From NCBI GenBank assembly GCA_000934665.2, contig KZ538443.1:1-64000 (forward strand): 64,000 bases of DNA, given 5' to 3'. The notes under the pieces were generated by a model. That model was not told where the DNA came from. It was given only the letters and a program-made list of their open reading frames with translations, and made no database searches. The stretch comes from Catajapyx aquilonaris. Taxonomy: Eukaryota. This document shows, piece after piece, positions 11,332 through 24,255 of this stretch. Position numbers and translations under genes: made by a program. Position 1 is the first letter of the stretch, and each line of letters begins with the position of its first letter.

Positions 11332-14300
11332 TTTGATACCCCATTATCAGCCTACGGGCTTTCCTAGGGGGGGATTTCTCCCAATTTTTTGTCTGGAACT
11401 CTTCCATTTTTACTATTTTTCTCATCACCGGAATGAAGCAGGGAAAGGGAAGGAAGGAGGCGGCTGTGGCCTATATTATGGTAACGACCCCGGAATTATC
11501 CTGCGAGGACCATGGGAAACCACAGAAAACCATGGTCAGGGTCGCCGGCCTCCGGGATTCGAACCCAGGACCTCCCGATTAGCAGTCGGACACCATACCA
11601 CTACACCACTACTGCTTCGGTACCAAAATGTAGATAAGTCGTTGTTTTTGGACCCATGCTCTCGTGGGGTCCGTAAGGACCTCACGTCATGGTTCCCGGC
11701 ATACTCGTTTGTGTCAGTTCTCATTGCAAGCTATATTTTCAGTGAAGTACCGTCAGGCTGATATTCGCCTTTTACAAAACTCCCTACACCATCAAATCAC
11801 TCACTCACGCTGGAATAGAATTTCATTTTGTTACCCAACCCTCTCCACTACCCTCATCTCCACTACAAAAATGAACTGTTGCCGTTTTAAAGAAAGTATA
11901 CAACAGGAAGTGCATGTTTATTTTGAATTAGCGATCATTTTAGGCATTGTTCAAAGAATGATTGCATATAGTCAACTAGCAGGTTACCTGGCGTTGCCCG
12001 GGTATGTTGGCGTGCTGGTAAAGGTAGGGGTACATATAAGTTCGTTTGTTTGTGAAGTTTGTGTTCCATATACTCGAAACTTGATATGCCTTAAAACAAG
12101 CCTTATAAGTTACATTAAGCCAAAGTTTGTCAATACCTGCTTCGGTTATAGCGTAGTCAACGCAGATATACTGAGTGGATGTGTAAAAACACTAAAAAGA
12201 GGAATTCAGATCGAATTGGTCCATGCAGGAAAAGACTGCATAGCCATGTGGGGCGACACGGTGGCTGAGTGGTTAGTGCCACAGCCTTCCACCTCTGAGG
12301 TCCCGAGTTCGATCCCCGGGTCGGATGGAGGATACTTATGTGGATAGAGTTTCGATGGGTTCTCTCCGTGTTAGCGTGGGTTTTCTTGGGGTTCTCCTGT
12401 TTCCTCTTGCAATCAAAATCTATCACAGTGCAGGCAATGATTAAAGTAGGATATTTAAAAGATGATCCCCTAAGAGGCCCAAGGAGGCCTATCACAGGGT
12501 ATCCATTATTTTTTTTTTAAAAAAAACAACAACTGCACAGCCATGTGTTTTTTTTCCATAATAATTTTTGACCCCTTCACTCCCCAACCCTTATACCCCC
12601 ACCTCGTTCCATATGTTTTCCCAGAATAACTTTAGAAATGTAAGTACAGATTCCTGGTGGGGAATTTTGTTTTCAACACTGTGAGTAACTTTTGTAAATA
12701 CTGTATTTTTTTGTATTTATTTGTTTCTGGAAGTCTACCATGCAATCAGAAAATTGATCCAAATGCAAAAACCCCTGACGGTTTAATTTGCTAGGTATTG
12801 TTGCATAAGGGCATTTCCATGGGATTGCAAAATTGGAAAAAGAGAAATTGTTGGTAATTGTTATTGATGTTCATATTTGTTAATATTGTTAAGTTGGTTA
12901 TTGTTGATGCCCGAGTAAATGAGAAGATTGGGGAATATGCATGTTGTGGGAGTTAGGCTCATTTTCAGGAGGTGAAACATGAAATTCCTCATAAAAAGTA
13001 ACCCCTGGTAAGCTAGTTTAAGGATGTGTATGGGCCTTCCCCTGGATTTCTATAGCAAACAAACTCACAAACATCCTTATATATAGATAATTATAGAGAA
13101 GAGCAAGAGATAGAGAAGAGATGCATTGAAAAGTATTATCTAAAAATTAAAATATGGCATGCTGTTCTAAAGGACCCCATGACACGGTTAACACGACACG
13201 GTTTCAGGAATGCCACAATTCCAGGGTTAAAATATTATTACACTCTGGTAGATCGTTTGCAGAAGATTTGTCTAAAAATGTGACATGAGTTTGGAGGCCG
13301 AATTTCTCTCTTGGAAATGACATTTGAGGGGTGCTCTTCCATAATGAGGCAAGTGGCATTTTGGCGGGACATCACTTTTTTGTGTTTTTCTGTGGCAAGT
13401 GTCACTCTGCAGTTGCACTAAATACGTCACTGTCCTACGAGCCTCCGTTCCGATAATATTGATACAGAAAGTTTTTAATGTTCATTAAGCAGTGTGTTAG
13501 AACGAATGGAAAAAAACCTTCCCCTGTAAAAATCTTGTTTTTGGCACTTGCCTCGTTATGGAAGAGCACCCCTCATTTGTTAGAATCATAATTATTAGTG
13601 TAGTTGATAGTGTCATTTAGGCTTGATGAATTTTGGAAGAGGATTTGTTGGAGAGCAAGGTGTATGCTAATATTAATTCCCAAATGTCTTTCAGGAAGAG
13701 CAGGAAGTGGGCCAAAAACACACCTTAATACTAGAGCCTGTGAGTAGATCCCAAGTTATGTTTTTATTTATTACCCCACCGTTCACTACTAACTTAGATG
13801 AACACTGCAGTCAATGGGCAAGTTGGGCTCTTTAATCAGGCAAAAAATCATTCCAATATGTGTTTTTTCTTTCTTCTCAAACCTGAACTGTAAGCCCAGG
13901 GCAAGAGATCAAAATTTGCTGGGATCCATTGCTGGTGAATTGGTGGTGCTGCCACCAAGGACCTAGCAGATTGGCAACATCCTCAGGATTATCTCCTGTG
14001 TAAGACTGTGAGTGTGAAGTAGGCCACCTCTTGACCCATTTAAATGCTCAGCAGCTGATGCTTATTCAGACCCACTGAAGTGATGATGCGAGTGTGTGCT
14101 ACTTGTCTGGTGTGCTGAATGAGCACAGAAATCTTCCCATCTGCGTGACTATGTTCCAGGGGTGATAGAAATAAAACAACTGTAGTGTCAGGTAGTCCCA
14201 ACTATGAGTGGAGGAATGTACAAGTTTCACCCGGCATCGTCAGTCAGTCTCTTAGAAAAGTCAACTTTAGTCAGACGAGTTGCGACATGGTTAAAATCGA

Positions 14301-17300
14301 GTATCGAGAGTGATCAAGTTCCTTACCAAGGAAGGCCTTAGTACCATGTCTATTAAACAGGGCTTGGATGGTAGGTATGGTAAAGTTTCCTCTTCATATT
14401 CCACCATGAAGAAATGGGCTAAGCAGCTTCGTTTGGGTTGAGAGAGCAATGAAGTCGAGCTATGTGACTTTCAGCCCGCGGAGGTGCTGACAGCAGAGAC
14501 CGTCTCTCTTGTGGAGCAGTAGGTGTTGCAAGCAGGCCCTTGGAGGTGGAGGAACTCTTAGCAGGTTGGGGCTTTCAGACACCACCATTCCTCTCATTCT
14601 TCATGAACACCTTCACATGAAAAAGGTCAACACAAGATGGTGCCCTGACTTCTGTCCGCAAATCAAAAGCAAAAATGCGTAACATGTTGTGAAACGTTTT
14701 TGGGCCTGTGCCGTGGCGAACAGAAAGAAGTACTGGGAGTCCATTGTCACAGGAGATGAAACTATGGTCCTGTGCTATGATCCTCTATCAAAAAGAGAAT
14801 TAGTGGAATGGCGTAGGGCGGGCAGAAAGCAGCCGAGTGACTCGGTCTACCAAGACGACCATGATGATGGTTCTTTAGAATTCCAGAGGAATCTTCCTGA
14901 TAGACTTCAAGGATTAAAACACGATTGTCGACGGGGAGTCCTACTCTGGCCTGCTGCACAGGTTTCATGATGCCATGAAGAAGTGATATGGGAAGCTGAG
15001 TTGGGGTGTTCTCCAACTTCAGGATAATGCACCAGGTTACAGGACAATGTTTCCAAGGCTTCTGTGAGGAACTGTGGCTTCGAGGAGCTTGATCACTCAC
15101 CCTACTGGCCCCTAGTGACTATTACATGTTATCCAAACTCAAAAATGAACTTCAAGGTACGATTAAAAAGCGATGAAGAGTTGCAAGAGACAGTATATGA
15201 GCAATTTGTAGAGAAAATTTTGGACTATTTTTCCAGAGGTATTGAAATGATAATTATGAGATATGAGAAGTGCATTGATGTACAAGGAGACTATATTGAA
15301 AAATGACACTGTAGTTTTATTTCCATCACCCCTGGAACATAGCCAGGCCAGAAACTTTCGGCGCCTACCTCGTAGTTCCAATTTTGCAATATGGTTTCCC
15401 AATCTGGGGCTTACCTTATATCTATGAGTTAGAAATTATTCAAAATTCCTTTTAAAAAATGCTTCCTATTACCACAATCTACGGCAGGGTTTTTCCTAAG
15501 GATTGAATTAAATTTGCCCCCTTTGGCATACTGCTTAATTTGTCAGATGATTACATTTTATAATAAGCTAATTGACGAATCACCTGAGTCCCTGACAGGG
15601 CTAGCAGTGACATATGCAAGTCACAAAATTGAATCTGAATTGATGGCTGCTTACAGTTGGTTTTTCCAATTTAATAAAATATTGTCGGACCTGAATGTAC
15701 CGCTTCTTCCAACAGAGAGAGTAGATATCTCAATTTTCTTACCAAAAATTCTGGCAACACTTAATTAAACACTGAGATACTATGGATTTAGAAAATTCCA
15801 GGAGCTATCGTAGTTATGCAGAAGTGTGTCCTAGACAATGTACTGAATCGTATTTCAAAGGTCATTTACCCCTATCTATTACCCGTTTACTGATAAACAT
15901 ACGTAACCTCTCTTCAAATTTCGACTTAAATGGCAGGGTATTAAAGCTCGCCCGGGACGAGAAATGCGATCTCTGTAATATGGAACAACTTCAAAGCCTC
16001 CCCCTTTTTTTTGTACGATACCCCGTGACAGGGCCAGAGGCCCTCTTAGGCGGGTGGAATACCACCATCTTTCGTTCAATTTTCAATTATTTTCTTCAAA
16101 CACCTGCAGGGATGAAAGGATATGGGTAAGGATAGGGATTTCTAGGGGAGGGGACACAGGTGCAAGTGCAATGTCAGAAAAGGGTCATGTGCAGTCCCCC
16201 CAGGAGGCCGGGTTGCCAAGACGCCTCCTAGGCGCGGGCCAGAGACCCACTGACGCAGGCGAAAGGGAAATCCGAGGCGGGGATGGAACCCGGGACTTCC
16301 GCACATCAAGCCGAGACATTGCCATCTTGGCCACCATGCCTCCCCTGGCCTCCACCATATTATTTTTACATGTCCCATATTCAAATGCCCAAGGGAAAGG
16401 TATCTTGAGAAATTGCTTCTGACACATCCGGATCGTCTCCTTTGGTCTTTCTCTTTGATATCCAAGGAACAGGCCTATCATAATTATCTTTTTTTTTTTC
16501 TTTAAAAATGTGCTCAATACTTGAGAGTTGTATCAGTATGGATAGGGAATTGAAATTTTTGTTTGTTTCTTTCTGATAAGTAAGACCATGTATTGTTTTG
16601 TTTTTCTGCTAAATTTGTAAATAGGGGCAGAGATTCCCCTGGAGATCCCACAAGGGATAGCAAAGTGTAATTTAAATGCAAAAAAATGAAAAATAAAATA
16701 ATTAAGGTAATTCCTATATACCTCTTGTTTTGGTGCTTTTATTTTAACATTCACTCAAATTTTTAGACACACCACAGATATGGGCCTTAAGGTACGTTTA
16801 CCTGCGAGTGATTTGAGGAGTGAAATCTTCGCCTAGGCTACATAACCCAAGTTACCAATATTGTTTGAGGTGAAAATCGATTGTTAACCCTTAACTACGT
16901 AGGTGGCCGAAACACCCTTAACTACGTAGGTGGGGCCTGAGTGGCCCCTACGGTATATTGAAATCTCTGCTTATCAGCTAAATTGTTATATTTGACTTTT
17001 TACATACAGAAAGTGCAGTTCAGATCATTTGGCTTCCGAAAACATAAAAATCACACGCTGAGTTAGCATATTCCGAAAGGAAAATGGGCTTGTTTGTGAC
17101 ACAGTATGTCAGCCACTACTTACTACTTAGATGGAGCCTGAGCAGCTCCAGGTGGGACCTGTTCCTCGTTACGAATTTTTTTCAGCCAAACAATAGTGAC
17201 TAAAATTTGTTTTTTCTCCTTTTCATGCTTAGGAAGGTTTTTGTGACAAAGTCAAGGAAGGACAGGGGGGAAAAAAAATTAATAAAAAAGTTACATACTT

Positions 17301-20300
17301 TTAAATAGTGGTTGGGGCTGCTCAGGCCCCACCTACGTGGTTAAGGGTTAATTTCAGCCCCTGCGAAAATTTCTCCCATCAAATCACTCGCATGTAAACG
17401 CACCTTTAGGGTTAGTCCAAACATTTTAAGCTTGCGAATTTGGAGAAAATCAGGGCCTTGAATGACAGCTTGCATTTACATTCAGCCTAACACCAGCAGC
17501 TGATGTTTTTGATAACTGACAGCAGTAACTGTATGAAAGTAACTGCTTCACAATAAGCAGCTTTGTGTCAGAATGTCACCGACCACTATGGACATTTTCT
17601 GTTGGAACATGTTGGATATAGCCTACCAAAGAATGAAAGTTTATTTGCTGTGTTAATTTCTACCAGGTGAAACATTTTATTTTTGATAGAAAAGTGAAGA
17701 AGCAGTAATGGGGCATGCAACACCTCCTCCAGTCAAATCAGAAAAAAATATATCAGGTAAAGTAGCCTGATGAATTTATATTTGAAATATTGTTGAAATA
17801 AAATATTATTACAAAAATTATCTTTATTGCAGATTTTGATGAGGATGATCCATTGGCCGGCTTGTTATCTGATGTCGAAACCTCATCTCAGCACACAGAT
17901 AGTGCTTCAGAAGAAGCTGTATTGGATACAGACAACAATGAACCAATAGAGTTGATGCCAGACAAACAAATGAAAAATGCTTCAAAACCTAATCATGTTG
18001 CTACCAGTTCCGACATCTCAGGAAATGCTATCAGAACTGATGACACTAGGAAGGAATTATCACTTGTAACACCTCATGCTACGAGTCGCCAATATGATCC
18101 TGACAGTCTACATGGGACACAAGTGGAAAAGTTGCTTACACCTCCTTCTCCATCAAGGTCTCAAGGTCGGAGGGCATCTACTCAGCTGACCCATGACACA
18201 TCCAAAGAAGTGCAGAAAACCTGGGATAAGGATGTGGATGATGACAGCATGATTGTTGCAATGGGACTGGAAGAAGTGAGAATTTCAAGCCCTTCATTTT
18301 TAGATTTGAATGAGGACAAAAGTCTCAACGCAAACAAGACTGGCAGCATTGATGTAAAAGACGTAACTGGTGCAAGGCCAGGACAGCAGAATGGAAATAC
18401 CAGTTATCAGCTACCAAGTAATGTCACCCCAAGGCGAAGAAGACCTGCTACCTCAACAAGGTCCAGTTTTTCAAAGGATTTGTTTCTCTTTGAAGAAATA
18501 CCCGTTAGAGATTCTCATCCTCGACAACCTTCCACAAGTCATGAACCGGTTTTAGATTGGTTAACAATGAGCAATGATGAGAAGAAACCTTTTACAGCAG
18601 AAAAAGAAATAGAGGTGCCAAAAGCAGCCCTTGTCTCTCCTACACCAACAAAACTTGTAAGGCATGAATTTACACCCTGTCCTACTTTCTTACATACATG
18701 ATTTATTTCTAGGACATTGGAGGTAGTAGCAGAGGGTCTCCCACTATACCAAATAGTTATCAGCAGCCTATGATCCAGAAGAATAGTCAGTTCCAGGCAT
18801 TTTCTGAACAACAGTGGAAGCAAAAGGAATACGATGCTCAAATGCATGTTGCTGCAGGGCAAATGCAGGTAGACTTGACATAAGAATTAAAATTATTACA
18901 TGGTACACTACTCTGCATTAATGGCCATGCACAGCCAGCACCGTGAGACTGGAACAGGAGGAAATAAAGGGTCGTCGGGTGCGTTCAAAATACTTTAACA
19001 GCTCATGAGACAGGCTCAAGATATCGTGGTGGATTCAACGCTTGCTACAAAGATGGATCATAGATATTTTTTTATTATTATTATTATTATATTTTACCCC
19101 GTGATAGCTAGGCCTCCATATGCCCTTTTGGGGGGTGGCACACCACCATCAATTTTCTGATTGGTTAACTTCAATCTCCAGTGCAAGGAATCAAGGACAT
19201 TAGGTAAGGATAGGGATTTTCGGGGAAGGGACTCGACAGGGGTCCAGGTGCAATGTCTCAAGTTTGGGCCATGTGCAGTCCCCCAGGAGGTTAGGTTGCC
19301 AAACACCTCCACGGTGCAGGTCAGAGACTCTCCCGACACTGGTGGAAGGGAACTCCCAGGCGGGGATCGAACCTGGGACCTTCCACTCAGCAAGCCGAGA
19401 CGTTACCATCTTGGCCACCACACCTCCCCTGGATCATAGATATGTATCTGTGGGATGGATTATAAGACCACTGCGATTCCTCTCAAAGCACTGAAGTTGT
19501 GAACCAGTTATTACACAGACCACGCGTATGCCTGTTAATACAGGGTGTCCGCAAATGATGGGGCCAAAGTCAAAAAATTCTAGAAAATGCAACGTACAAG
19601 GTACAACTGCCATACATATCTCATAGCAAAGAGGAAGGTTGAAAGTTTTTTTTGACGTATCTCACCACATGAAATGATTAGTGCCGTGCCATCTAGGAGT
19701 TAAAAATAGTGTCGGCGGAGGAAAAGGCATGGTGCGTGCAGCAGAGGTTAATGCCACAGCTGCAAGAAGATGCCCCGGATATCATCTTCCAACAAGGTGG
19801 AGAGCCTCCGCATTTCCATCTCCACGTCCGCGACTACTGCCTCAAAGGTGGATCGGGGCGTTCCACTGACAGCGATGCGGTGTTCCGGGCTTGGCCACCC
19901 CGTTCACCGGATTTGACGCCGAGTGATTTTTTTGTGGGGGTACATTAAGGATGCAGTATTTGTGCCATCCCTCCCGAGATCTTCGGCCGAACTGAAGCAC
20001 CGCATCACTTCTGTCGTGGCTTCCATAACGCCGGACATGCTACAATGCACCGATTTCCGGTTAAACGCCTCCCGTGTCACACCCGGTGCTCATATCGAGG
20101 GTTTGTATGTATGTAAAAAAACTTTCAACCTTCCTCTTTGCTATGAGATATGTACGGGAGTTGTACCTTTTATGTTGCATTTTCTAGAATTTTTTTACTT
20201 TGGCCCCATCATTTGTGGACACCCTGTATTATTATTGCCCCCTGTTAATGTGCGGCTCTATAGGGGACTTTTTGGAGTGCATGTAAACAGCATCACTCTT

Positions 20301-23300
20301 CTCCCATCATTCACTTTTTAATTCAGGAGTAGGGTCTGCTGGGCTCGACATTTAATGTCATCCATTATCAATCATTTGTCAAAGTCATATGGGAGTCTCT
20401 CGAATGTGAGTTGTTGGCTATACCCATTTATACCCAATCTTTTGCACTATCTTATATGACTCACTTCATTTTACTACAGTGTATTTCAAAAACATGCCAC
20501 CCTCATTTGTCATTTAATGCCAGCCCTGTGAATTCTTGATCCCCATTTTGCATTTGGAGGTAGCTTTGTCAAGGTAGCCCCTAACATATCGAAGTTAACC
20601 CAAGGGCGCATTATAGGGATGTGGGAGCATGAGCTGGTGTGAAACGGCTAAAGACTCTTGACTAATTTTTGGTAATGGATGACATTAAACGTCAAGGCCA
20701 GCAGACCCTACCCATTCCTTGTAGACAACTCCTGAATTAAAAAGTGAAATGATGAGATGAATGATGCTGTTTACACGCACTCCCAGAAAGTCCCTTATAC
20801 AGCCACACCCTAACAGGAGACAATAATAATATTAATAGGCATTTGCGTGGTCCGGGTAATAACAGGTTCACAACTTCAGTGCTTTGAGAGGAATCGCAGT
20901 GGTCTTATAATCCATCTCATAGATACATATCTATGATCCATCTTTGCAACAAGAGATTGAATCCATCGCAATATCTTTACGGTATATTGCATTTGTGCAA
21001 GTATTTTGGACACAGATACCAGCCCTTTATTTCCGCCCGTTCCCGCCTGGATGTGCATTGGTGCTGGATGTGCATTGCCATTAATGCAGGGTGGGTAGTG
21101 TACCTTTTTACACATCGTCAGCATACAAGTGAAACACACTAACAAGTTAATTGAATTTTGGCGGTTTTGAGTTATTTACACTACTAAATTTTAAGATTGT
21201 AAGGTTTAAATTTAAGATTACAACCAAATTTTTTATTTACATGTGTAAATGTTTTACTTTTTTATTATTAAAATGTTGTAGACATATTTTCCACCCCTTC
21301 ACAATATATGAGGGGCTTCAATATATATTTCCTAGGTCTGCCATACTGAGAAAACAGGAACAGTGGTTATGAGGTGTAGAAGTAAAATTAGCCACACATC
21401 TCAGGGTCACACATTGCGCATTGCTGTGCCAGTGTGACAGCTTGCACCTGCGCATCTGTATCGTCAACAAAAGCGTGCCACAAAAAGTGGACTCGGGTTC
21501 TGCTTGATTTTCTGGACACAGGGGAAATGATCATTGCTGTTTGTTATTGCTGAACCTTGGGCAAACTGAAATATGCAATTTGTCACAAAGTCCTGGTCTC
21601 CTCACAGTTGGTGTCATTCTGCTTTATGACAAGGCCTGCTGTCCCGCTGTCACTAGCCATTGCAGATTTTGGTTGGGAATGCCTTGCCTATCCTCCATAC
21701 AGATCTTATTTGCCCCCTAGTGACTTCCACATGTTTCCAAGTTTGAAGAAGGTCCTGGACGGTCACTGTTTTCATACCAACGTCCAGTTTCACGAAGCAG
21801 TGCACCATCTTCTCAGGGCCCAGAGCCCTACTTTCTTTGTGTGGGGTTGCGAAAAGTTGGTGAAGCTTTGGGGCAAATGCCTTAATATTGAAGGTGAATA
21901 TGTGGAGACATGAAGAAACAGTGTGGCTAACTGGAAATGTAAATTTATTTTGTGGAAATAAAGTTGTTACAATATGGCTGACTGGGGAAACTGATATATT
22001 GAACCACCCTCGTAGGAATCAAATTACCATCTTCATAATTTTACACACATATTAAGTATTAAGAGTTTAAGAAAACTGCACCAGTAGAATTGTCATTATC
22101 ATTGTATTACCATTACTGACATTTGAGGGTCATGCAGGCCTACTCAAACTGATAGACTAATTTTATTATGATAATTTTATTATATTTAACACTACATTGA
22201 TGCCAAATGGTATATGGGACTATTACTGATGCTGCATCATTACTGTCTGCATAATTTAGCAAATAATATTGTGAACTAGTGATTTGATGCAAATTTCATG
22301 ACAAACCTATTTAATACTTGCAAGACTGTGTAAAATGATGAAAATGGCAATGTTATTCCCATATTGTGAAGGTCTGGGAAGTGTGTCTTTAACATTTGTG
22401 CAATAAGAAAGTGAAGTTTTAATGCATGAAAAAAATTTAAAATCAGTGGTAATGGTAATGAGAATTGAACCCCTCCCTCGAAGAAGGGTGTATGTCACAA
22501 AATTGCCGAAATCGAACTGGCCAGTGGAAAAGGTAGTATCCCTTCAGCTCATATGATACCACCTAGGTCCGTCTGTGGCCATTTTGCTCATGACAGCAGA
22601 GCTTGAAAGGTAGCTTGTCCCATAAGAAGGTTGGTTATTCCATCCAGTTTTTTTCATTTTCTCTAACGTTCACTTTTGTTACATACACCCTTCTTCGAGG
22701 GAGGAGTTCAATTATCTTGTAAAGATTATGATGAAATGTTGTGGTATATTTTAGTGTATTAATATTCATAGTAAGAGATTACAGGAAACAAATTATGGTT
22801 GGCAAATAACTTTTGTTTCCATGAAATCTGTCCCTGTAGCAAATATTAACCAATGCATAGGATGGGGGTTAATATTAATCAATAATTATTAATATGTACA
22901 GTATAATATTATGATATACTTTTGCTCTTTTCAATCACCTAGTTTTCAAATTAAACTCTAAGAATTGGTGGTAGGGCTGAGTAAGACCTTAACACTCACA
23001 AAATGTCAGTGTGCAAAAGAAGGTTGAGCATTTCACGTAATTAACAGTGAGCATGTGCATTTTATTGCCTGATTTAGAATAGATTTGCTTCTGGAGATTT
23101 GGCTGGACTTTCTGGACCTCAGGCAAGCAAAGGACCTCTTCATGGTTTGCATCCAGGTGGCTTTACACTGATGGAGGAAGTGACCGGATTACAGGTCAGA
23201 AACTGTGTTCCTACTCTTGTGTGTACAAGACCACATGAAATTTATAAGGGCCATGTACAGTTTACTGTATTTGCCATATTTCATCCACAGGCTTACTTGT

Positions 23301-24114
23301 CAATAGTGGAGCAGGAGAGAGATGACTTGCGGACAAAACTTGATTACCTCCAATCAAAGCATGCACAAGAATTAGCATCTTTGATAGATACCCATAAGTA
23401 TGTTTCACTTTTATTAAATACTTGTTATGTGACCTTGCTTTCTTTGAGATATTTTTCCATATCATCGATATATTTTTAGGTGGCAATGCCAAGCATTGGA
23501 GGAATCACATCAAAGAGTAGCAGATCGCCTTAATGAGGAAATAAAACACCTTTCAGAGGAGTATAGGGTCAAAATAGATAACTTAAATGGTACCCTTACT
23601 AATCTGACCTCACTTTATGAAAAGAGGCACACACAAATAAAAGATTCTTGTGAGGATGAAGTAAAAGAGCTGCGTGATCATCATCAGCAAGCAATGACAG
23701 CAACTGTTGCAGAACATCAGGAAGCAATGCAACGAGTTCATAACATGTATAAGCAAGAACTCCAAGCTCAACAAAAGTCATCTGTAACGTGTAGGTGAGG
23801 AGATTTGCTCTGTTTTGTTTCACTCGGTTGTGGGACTGTAAACATTGTTATGAGCTTCAATTTGTATATCTAAATTGAGGTTATCTTTAAGAAGTAGTTT
23901 TAAGCATTACTGGGCCTCCTGTAGTTATCATGTAGTATAGCATAATCTGGAAGCTTTGCATCTGATCACACATAGTGTTGGTCTGAAACTAGGGTCTTTG
24001 CCATTGGCTGGTACAGGTGACATGATCTGTAGCAAAAATGAAAACTGAATGGTAACATTTCCTTCCACTGCACCATAAGCTAGTAATAATAATAATAATA
24101 ATAATAACAATAAC

Positions 24115-24146
<32 letters not shown>

Positions 24147-24180
24147 TAACAATAATAATAATAATAATAATAACAATAAC

Positions 24181-24211
<31 letters not shown>

Positions 24212-24219
24212 CCAATAAC

Positions 24220-24255
<36 letters not shown>

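Larger units (their letters stand above)
11111..13226. mobile_element. piggyBac-like element family P2 hosting nested SINEs and a Helitron-like insert
   Basis: TTAA-CCCTGGAACC...TTCCAGGG-TTAA; short related copy at 57262-57543. Confidence 0.65.
19019..20976. mobile_element. Unclassified foldback element carrying two nested insertions
   Basis: Left arm 19019-19067 + 19430-19540 + 20228-20372 is the reverse complement of 20670-20976. Confidence 0.75.

Noticed and set aside
11664..12347. 227-aa ORF
   Set aside because: Crosses piggyBac-like, Helitron-like and SINE boundaries; no recognisable domain
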